DNA of 64,000 nucleotides, taken from Eledone cirrhosa. Taxonomy: Eukaryota. Under the pieces are notes generated by a model, which saw only the letters and a program-made list of their open reading frames with translations, made no database searches and was not told where the DNA came from. A program made the position numbers and the translations under genes. Shown here in pieces: positions 54,860 through 64,000 of the stretch. The stretch lies in the NCBI GenBank assembly GCA_964016885.1, contig OZ024753.1, positions 39,680,001-39,744,000 of the forward strand, written 5' to 3'. Position 1 is the first letter of the stretch; every line of letters starts with the position of its first letter.

Positions 54860-56650
54860 ATGGAAATTGCTTCGAAAAGACCGAGGAAATCTTTGACGAA
54901 GACAAGTTCTTCAAAATATAATGAAGCCGATGCTAAATTATCTTTCTATGATGTCCCTCCTAGTGATGATATATCTTTACAGGAATTTGAAGACTATGCT
55001 ATTGAAAGAGTTAAAAGTATGTATAATTCTATAATGTTAATTTATAAGCGGTTTGTTTGTCCAGCCCTTTTGTTGTATGTAGTCCAAGATGTTTGTATTA
55101 TCTGCTTGTGTCTGTTTTTCTTTTCCTTTTTCGTTTTGTTACTTGTAATATTATTTATACAATTGTAAATAAATTAACTTTGTACTTTCGTTCAGTATGT
55201 GTTAACTTTTTTTGGCACTACCATGCTATTAGCTGTCAGAAGTGGAGTTACTTAAATGAAAATATAGGTGGCCCTTAAAAGGGCCAAATTAGAAAACAAA
55301 TTTAAGTTAATTAAAAAACAAGTCATGGTTATCAAATAAATTGGATTTAATCATTTATATTTGATAATCATATATTTGTTTTCTAATTTGGCCCTTTTAA
55401 GGGCCACCTATATTTTCATTTAAGTTAACTCCACTGTTGGTGAAAATGACTTGTTTTCTACATTGATAACCATGACTATGAAAATATAAATGATTAAATC
55501 CAATTTATTTGATAACCATGACTTGTTTTCTAATTAACCTATATTTTCATTTAAGTAACTCCACTTACATCGATATGCTTTATTAAAATAACGCGTAGTA
55601 ATACGGAAATAAACGATGTTTACGATTGAGAAGGTTGACGAAACTTTCACTTCTGACAATAGTGCCCTTTTTTTTACTGTTATAGCGCAGGCATTCTTTA
55701 CGAGTTCGATGACCTGCTAAAAATTGCAGCCGATTTCTCCCCTAATTTCACACATTAACATCTTAAACATACAGATCGCATTGAATAATATAAGTTCCTA
55801 GATATAGGTTTTTGAAATTAAGATGGGTTGGTCATGACTGGATCGCTTTGTTCATTAGTCTGATCTAGGTATTAGGACAACTTTGTTTTGCCTCTATGCT
55901 GGTCGCTGTATCTGTTGTAAATACGAGTTTCAGGCGCAGACTTCATAGGCTGACCAAGATACTCTCATGGAATGACCCAATGAGGTTTATTTACCAACAT
56001 AATTTCTTGAAAGAAACAATGCAGTTATTTATAAGAAGAGTTGAAATTAATGCATGTAAGATTTCACAGCCCCAAACATTTGAAAAAATCATCGCAAAAA
56101 ATTTTTTTGTCAGGAAGATGCACCACTCCAGCAACTTAAGCACAATAGTAAATCCGTGACTGTTAAGGACTCAAATTCAAGTTTCTGTAATAATTATTTT
56201 TCTGAAGATACTTGCTTCATTGTTCTTATTTTGTTTTTCTCACCAGTTTTGAAAATAGTCGAATCTTTGGGTCTGCAGTATGTGAAATTAAATGAAGACT
56301 ACAACCGTGAACTCCGAATCAAACTAAAAACTACTAAGATATGGAAGGAAATAAGGGTATGTATCACTTATCCAATACTGGGCCTGAATCTTTTTCTTTA
56401 CCTCTTTCAAACTTCCTTAAACTTTAATCTGTACTAATAAATCTTTGCTCTACAGGTTTGTATATACTTTATATATACGTACGGTTGTCCTTTCTGTTCC
56501 TATAACCATGCTCATTGCGAGCTGAGGATCCGCTAAGGTGAAACAATTGTTCTCTGTATGGTGAACTAACTGTTGTGTAACCACTTCTACCTAACTCGTC
56601 CCATGGACTGAGTGCTCTACCACCTCGGAAATTACCTTCCAGTGTTCCAC

Positions 56651-56715
<65 letters not shown>

Positions 56716-59700
56716 TACAATCTTCGGTTTATATATACTTTTATATATATATATATATAAACGGAAAAAATGAAACGAAATTTCATTTCCCACTCTTATA
56801 CGGCTGTTACTTAAATATAAGTATGTACACGTACATACATATATGTATACAGACGTACAGTAGTATGTACATACATATACATACATGCACACATATATAT
56901 ATGTACGTATGGATTCACCGAACATTTATTATAAACACAGTCCACGCTGTAATGTGGCCGTGTAGGTAACACGGTAAAAACCTCCCAGTCCACACTGTAA
57001 ATGTGGTTGGTGTTAGGAAAGGCATCCAGTCGTAGAAAACCTGCCAGACAGTCCTACACGAGCAAGACAACCAATCTTGGTTGGTGTTAGGAAAGGCATC
57101 CAGTCGTAGAAAACCTGCCAGACAGTCCTACACGAGCAAGACAACCAATCTTGGTTGGTGTTAGGAAAGGCATCTAGTCGTAGAAAACCTGCCAGACAGT
57201 CCTACACGAGCAAGACAACCAATCTTGGTTGGTGTTAGGAAAGGCATCCAGTCGTAGAAAACCTGCCAGACAGTCCTACACGAGCAAGACAACCAATCTT
57301 GGTTGGTGTTAGGAAAGGCATCCAGTCGTAGAAAACCTGCCAGACAGTCCTACACGAGCAAGACAACCAATCTTGGTTGGTGTTAGGAAAGGCATCTAGT
57401 CGTAGAAAACCTGCCAGACAGTCCTACACGAGCAAGACAACCAATCTTGGTTGGTGTTAGGAAAGGCATCTAGTCGTAGAAAACCTGCCAGACAGTCCTA
57501 CACGAGCAAGACAACCAATCTTGGTTGGTGTTAGGAAAGGCATCTAGTCGTAGAAAACCTGCCAGACAGTCCTACACGAGCAAGACAACCAATCTTGCCT
57601 CAAGTGGGACAATTCCCGTCCAGACCCATGCTAGCATGGAAGATGTACATTAAACGATGATGATGATGATATACATATCCTTGCTAGCAGGGAAGCAGAT
57701 GTTAAAACAACAATGATTAATAGCTTTTAAACGTTTTATTTATAGAGAACTGGCCATTTTGATGATGTATCGCACTTCATTCTTCGACTTGCTTATTGTC
57801 GATCGTGAGTACTTTTTAAAACTTATTTTTGTTCTCTATTGTAATTCTCTGTTTTGTGAGTGACATTAACTAGATGTGACCCCTCTCCCCCTCCCTCTAG
57901 GGTAGGTTGGTAGATACACGGAGGGCAAGAGAGAAAAATAACAGACAGGGATATATAGATTTAATAGTCATAGATAGCTAAACAAATAATAGCAGTGGAG
58001 ACTTCTGGTGTCCTTGGCCCTAGAGCCACCTCCCTACTCACCATCATCGGCACAGAATTGGCTACCCACAGGTGTGACTGGGAGAACGAAACTCCTGTTT
58101 GTAAAATATAGTTGACAAGTTAGGTAGATATATACAGGGTGGTCTGAAAGTCTTGTCACCCCCTAGCAAAAAGTGTCCTCTTCGGAGGAGCTGGTTTGCC
58201 GAATCTTGCAGTGAAGTCATGTCGCACATCCTCCATGTGCTTGCCAGAATGCACACGATCATGTGTCCATACACTTGCAAGCAGCCTCTCTTCCAAACTG
58301 TAGGAGCTCTGAAATAGAAAATTATATTATTATTATCATATATTATAATTAATGATATTATATATTATATTATTAAAACAAAAAATAAATGTTTCTACTT
58401 TTCGCGCAAGGCCAGCAATTACCCAGTGCATTACTGGTACTTTATTTTATCGACCCCGTAAGGATGAAAGGCAAAGTTAACCTCAGCGGGATTTGAACTC
58501 AGACCATAAAGGGCCGTAACGCTATGCTGCAAAGCATGGCGTCCGACCCTCTACCGATACTGCCAATAAAAAATAATGAAAGTTAAAAAAATATGTCACA
58601 AGGGGTGACAAGACTTTCGGACTACCCTGTAGATAGATATAGACAGGGCCTATGAGAGGGGGGTGGGCGGTCCCGCTGCTACTTGCTCTGGGGCGCAAGA
58701 GCTAAGAAGGCTCCACAGGAACCATGCAATATCCATTTTGAGAAAAATCTTTGCCTGCTTCGGGCCCCAAAGGGATCTTGTACCGTTTTGGAGGCGCTGT
58801 ATTTAGATAGATAGATATATAGAGTTAAATAGATGTTATTTTTATTGTCTGTATCTAGATAGCAGTAGCTTCACCTCAGACCATCTTTTATCTCATAGCA
58901 TTGTAGTAGTGTCGATAACAGAGTCTGTTTTTTTTTTACAGAGAAGAGTTACGTCGTTGGTTTCTACAGCAAGAATTGGACTTGTTCCGTTACCGTTTTA
59001 ACCACCTCAATACGGAAGAAAAGAAAGATTTTGCCAAAGAAAACAAACTTAGCTATGAAGAGGTATATTGCTTTATTATGTCATATTTCTGCCTCTTAAC
59101 ATGAATGTTAGTTTGGTTCTGTTTGTGAGTGTGTGTTTATCATATCATCATCATCATCATCATCACCGTTTTATGTCCGTTCTTCCACGCTAGCATGGGT
59201 TAGACGGGTTGTCCTGTTGTGAGCAGTGTCTGGTCGGCTGACCATGCCTTGGTCATACAGGAACTGATTTGGCTTGATTTCTACAGCTGGATGCCCTTCC
59301 TAACACCAACCTAATTTACAGTGAGTGCTGGGTGCTTTTTCGTGGCGCCTACACGTCCACTTTACAGTGTGGGCTGGGTGCTTTTTTGCCGTGGCACCTC
59401 CACGACCACCTTGCAGTGGGGTGTGTGGGGGCATATTGTCTATATGCTTCAGCTTGTACCCATGCAAGGTCGGGTACTCTGTATTACTGCGTGACGCCAG
59501 AGGTCACGGTCGTGTGTCATCGCCTTTGAGAGGTGTAATTGGGTAAGGTCGGCTTTTATCATATACTCACTCTAACACATGTACTTGTTCCACTAGACAT
59601 ACTCTATCACACATGTACTCTTTCTTTATCTCACATATCTCTCTCTCTCACACACATTTCATGCACACACACGCACACATACACACAAATCTCTCTCACA

Positions 59701-62466
59701 CACACATTTCATGCACACACATGCACACATACACAAATCTCTCTCACACACATTTCATGCACACACACGCACACATACACACAAATCTCTCTCTCACACA
59801 CACATTTCATGTAGACACATACACATATCCTCTCTTTCTCTTTTAGACATTTAACATTTAAGGTCGTGTAGGTGTCACGACAAAAAAAACACACAGTCCA
59901 CGCTGTAATGTGGCTGTGTAGGTAACACGGTAAAAACCTCCCAGTCCACACTGTAAACATGGTTGGTGTTGGGAAGGGCATCCAGCCGTAGAAAACCTGC
60001 CAGACGTGTAGGTGTCACGACAATAAAACACACAGTCCACGCTGTAATGTGGCCGTGTAGGTAACACGGTAAAAACCTCCCAGTCCACACTGTAAACGTG
60101 GTTGGTGTTGGGAAGGGCACACAGACGTAGAAAACCCGCCAGATGTGTAGATGTCACGACAATAAAACACACAGTCCACGCTGTAATGTGGCCGTGTAGG
60201 TAACACGGTAAAAACCTCCCAGTCCACACTGTAAACGTGGTTGGTGTTAGGAAGGGCATCCAGCCGTAGAAAACCCGCCAGACATGTAGGTGTCACAACA
60301 ATAAAACACACAGTCCACGCTGTAATGTGGCTGTGTAGATAACACGGTAAAAACCTCCCAGTCCACACTGTAAACGTGGTTGGTGTTAGGAAGGGCATCC
60401 AGCCGTAGAAAACCCGCCAGACAGTCCTATACGAGCAAGACAACCAATATTGCCTCAAGTGGGAAAATTCCCGTCCAAACCCATCCAAGCGTGGAAGATG
60501 GACGTTAAATGATGATGTTGATGATGATGAACACACACAAATAATAAATCTAATTTCTTTTCTTCCTCATTTTTCTACTTTTCTTCAGCTTGGTGAGAAT
60601 GAGAAAGACATATTAATGCCCAAACTTAGCAAATGTGGACGAACTGGAGCTGTTGATACAGAATACTATAAAGTGTGGTTCACAGATGTACTTGATCTGG
60701 TTAGATCACGAAAAGTCTACCTTCACAGAGGTTATGCCTATATCCAATTTAATGATCTTATATCATTAATCAGCAATCACTTTCGGGAACAGCTGTCGAA
60801 AGGTTTAGCTGTAAGTTTATTTCTTTTTATTATTTTACAGGTTTTTTTTTTATATGACAGTGGATTGGAAGTAATTGGTCGAGCATCGGACAACATTCTT
60901 TGTGGCATATAGTTATGGAAAGAATGGTGGATGTTGGGGGAGTCATGGGAGGTATGTGGTCGGTGGAGGAGAGCAAGGTGGATGAGGGGGGTGAGTGATG
61001 GTAGTGACATGTTTGCTGATGAGAGAGCATGATGAATGTCAATAAGAGATCTTGAGGAGAAGGAGTGATGGCTGGCAGCATAGAGATACTCAATGGTAGA
61101 ATAGATTTTTAATGACCACATACTCATTATCTTTATTGGAAGAAATACTTTATCTTATTTCTTTTTCAGATTACTTGCCGTTCTTTGCCTCATCTAGAAG
61201 AAGATAACCGACTTTTACCATTGTTAAATAATTTAAGTCGTGCATATCTCGGTGAAAGCTTCTCTGGTCAAAAAAGTAATTCTGGTGCCGTCACAATTGA
61301 CATGGTGGATTCTGTAAGTATTTATATAATTTGGTATTTTTCCTAGAGGAAGAATCAACCCCTGTACTAAACGACTAGTCATTTTTTTTATTGACCTCGG
61401 ATGGATGAAAGGCAAATTTGACCTTGGTGGGATTTGAACTCATACAGTTTTTAGCAAAAAAGAATACTGCAAAGCATTCTATCTGACGTTCTAATGACTC
61501 TGCCAATTCGCCACCTGATTGTTATGAATACTTGTGAAAAAAGTTTAAAGTCTGTCTTGAACCTGGAGTCTCGTAAGTCTGGTGCTTGTCCCTGTTTCCA
61601 TGGCATGAAGCAACTGAGGGAGCATAAATAAATATAGATATGAGTTTGTGTGTTGTGTGTACATAAATATGTTTGTGCATGTGTGCATATAGGTGTGTGT
61701 CTGTGTGTATGTGTGCATATGCAGACAGCTAGGTAGGTATATGTACATATAGCAGTTTAAAGGGATGCAGCTGGATCAGTGGGAACAAGTTGCTTCTAAC
61801 AGGACCTGCTGGTAGGACTGTTTGAGGACTCAGCTCCCATGACCCTCTCAGGAATAAGAGAGCAAAGGAGAAAATATAGATGTTTATATGGACGCACATG
61901 ACTTAGTGGTTAGAGCATTGGCCTTGCAATCAAAAGGTTGTAAGTTCAATTCTCAGACCAGGTGATGTGTTGTTTCCTTGAGCAAGACACTTTATTTCAC
62001 ATTGCTCCAGTTTACTCAGCTGTAGAAATGAGATGATAGGGACTGGGGTCCATATCATTCCACTGCAAAGTGGTCGTGGAGGTGCCACGGCAAAAAAGCA
62101 CCCAGCACTCACTGTAAATGAGGTTGGTGTTAGGAAGGGCATCCAGCTGTAGAAATCAAACCAGAATCAGTTCCCGTCCCACCCTTGCAAGCAGGGAAAA
62201 GCCGACGTAAAACGATGATGATGATGATGATGATATATCCATGTATATTTTCTCCAAATTCTTATAAATTTTGTTTCTTCCAGTTGTCTCGGAAGTCTTT
62301 TCCTCCCTGCATGCAGCAACTCCATCAGAGCCTACGTCAAAACCATCACCTGCGACATGGTGGGCGTTTACAGTATGGATTGTTCTTGAAAGGTATTGGA
62401 CTCTCATTGGAAGATGCTTTGCGCTTTTGGGGTGCAGAACTTTCACAGTCAGTTGGCATAGATAAG
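54860..62466 (+). CDS. PRIM2: DNA primase large subunit (p58), first 7 exons; continues beyond window
   Basis: Exons: 54860-55016, 56247-56356, 57746-57804, 58942-59062, 60589-60810, 61170-61313, 62284-62466. Motifs: [38 protein letters not shown] (first Fe-S Cys), [19 protein letters not shown]. Confidence 0.95.
56516..56558 (+). ncRNA. Minimal type I hammerhead, sense to PRIM2 intron 2
   Basis: TGCGAG-CTGAGGA-TCCGCTAAGGT-GAAA-CAATTG-TT-CTCTGTA. Palindromic stem III, short stem II. Confidence 0.65.
56935..57670 (+). repeat. RTE 3' UTR fragment with 8 tandem copies of a 74-bp unit (57005-57596)
   Basis: Unit GGTTGGTGTTAGGAAAGGCATC(C/T)AGTCGTAGAAAACCTGCCAGACAGTCCTACACGAGCAAGACAACCAATCTT at 57005, 57079, ... 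57523. Confidence 0.9.
58134..58629. mobile_element. Tc1/mariner-type MITE with nested SINE
   Basis: TA-CAGGGTGGTCTGAAAGTCTTGTCACCCCT ... AGGGGTGACAAGACTTTCGGACTACCCTG-TA. Confidence 0.8.
59625..59825. repeat. ~50-bp CT/CA-rich minisatellite, ~4 copies
   Basis: CTCTCTCACACACATTTCATGCACACAC...CAAAT repeated. Confidence 0.75.
59860..60530 (+). mobile_element. Same RTE 3' UTR, four ~140-bp units plus tail
   Basis: Reverse complement of 11480-12140. Confidence 0.8.
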
Positions 62467-62844
62467 GTAAATATATTTACATTATATTGGAATAACATCA
62501 ACTCTGATGAATTATATATATACACACACACCCACATACATACATATATATACATATCATCATCATCATCATCATCACCGTTTTACGTCCGTTCTTCCAC
62601 GCTATCATGGGTTAGACGGGTTGTCCTGTTGTGGGCAGTGTCTGGTCAGCTGACCATGCCTTGCTCATATAGGAACTGTAAACGTGGTTGGTGTTAGGAA
62701 GGGCATCCAGCCGTAGAAAACCCGCCAGACAGTCCTATACGAGCAAGACAACCACTCTTGCCTCAAATGGGAAAACTCCCGTCCAAACCCATGCAAGCGT
62801 GGAAGATGGACGTTAAACGATGATGATGATGATGATGATATATA

Positions 62845-64000
62845 TTTCCAAGAGATGTCAACATGAATGGACCTGTTATTTTTATCTAAAGACATTTTTT
62901 CCAGTACCTTCTAAGGATGATTTCTTACTTCTTATGATACAGAAAACTAACCAATTTATCAGAAGAGTCAGATGGAGGGCCTACCACTTCGATAAAAAAT
63001 CTAAATGTACAGATAGGAAATATATGTATGATTTCACTACATATAAGAATCCACCACACAACTCTCTACTTGAAAACTTTGAGAAAGACCTTTTTAATTT
63101 AATTAAACACCTCAAATTTAAGAGGTATAAATCTAACTTTCAAAAGGACCTTGATTCTACCCTATTGGACCTAAAAAAATCTAAAAAAATCCATGTCCAC
63201 TCGGACAAAACTGGAAACCTATATCACATGGATATTGAAAATTACAATGAGTTCATATATAAAGAACTCAGGAAAAATTATAGAAAAACAAATAATGCGT
63301 CACTCACCAACATCAACAACAAAACACACAACATAGTGAATAAACTAAATATTGAAGATAGAATTGAACCTTTGGCATTGAAAAGACCACATTTCAACCT
63401 GAAAGATCATAAATCAAACTTTAATCCTTCTATAAGACTTATATGTCCCTCCAAATCAGATATTGGAATAATTAGCAAAAAAATTTTAGATAGAGTCATC
63501 CCACAAATAAGAAAACATGTTAATTTACCACTCTGGGAAAACACTTCCCAGGTAATTAACTGGTTTAATAATATTAGATGTAAATCCTCTGCTTCATTTC
63601 TACAATTTGATATAGATAATTACTATTCTTCTATATCACCTATACTCCTAAACAAAGCTTTGATATTTGCTAAAAATAGATCTAACTTAACTTTGGATGA
63701 CATTAATATTATTACACATGCTAGACTAACACTAATTGAATTTCAGAATGAATACTGGACCAGAAACACATAGTAATCTATTTGATATTACTATGGGCTC
63801 AAGCGATTCTGCCCAAATTACTGATCTTGTGGGCCTCTTTCTTCTTTTTAACATAAATGCTTTCTTTCCCCACCTTAAAGGTGGTTTATATCGTGATGAC
63901 TGTCTTCTTCTTTCCAACAACCTTAGCCTCTCAGGGATAGAAAAAAACAAAAAGCTTATTAGAACTTTCCTTAAAGACTATTATAGTCTAGATATTATTT
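62845..64000 (+). mobile_element. Penelope-like retroelement (Naiad-like) reverse transcriptase ORF, one frameshift, cut by window end; in a PRIM2 intron
   Basis: ORF to 63773 contains FIRRVRWRAY, SDKTGNLY (DKG-type motif), LKDHK, IRLICP and FLQFDIDNYYSSI. The +1 frame from ~63769 continues FDITMGSSDSAQITDLVGL...GGLYRDD (YRDD at 63889-63900). Clade assignment is from recalled motifs. Confidence 0.85.

Noticed and set aside
57005-57596. CRISPR-like regular repeats (also the 140-bp and 147-bp arrays)
   Set aside because: Head-to-tail units with no unique spacers, no cas genes, eukaryotic context.
63771-63773. Possible selenocysteine read-through in the PLE RT
   Set aside because: The stop is TAG and the homology continues in another frame.

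Overview
AT-rich, intron-containing animal DNA. The dense (TA)n/(CA)n/(GAT)n microsatellites and tRNA-derived SINEs suggest an octopod cephalopod (inference). I reconstructed five spliced housekeeping genes by hand using GT-AG boundaries and frame continuity: the last exon of UTP11 (+), complete ENOSF1 (+, 16 exons, 440 aa), complete CLPP (-, 6 exons, 230 aa), complete LMBRD1 (-, 15 coding exons, 540 aa) and the first 7 exons of PRIM2 (+, head-to-head with LMBRD1). Introns hold SINEs, RTE/CR1 LINE fragments and MITEs. The window ends inside a nearly intact Penelope-like (Naiad-like) reverse transcriptase. The main unannotated signal is about a dozen minimal type I hammerhead ribozyme motifs from several sequence-unrelated families. 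They sit in short inserts between (TA)n runs, and two are long fold-backs with a hammerhead on each strand. Also notable: ClpP with paired substitutions in the inter-ring sensor network, a 147-bp tandem array with an open frame and only synonymous variants, and an RTE LINE 3' UTR built of tandem SINE-like domains. All protein assignments are from recalled homolog sequences; no database search was run.
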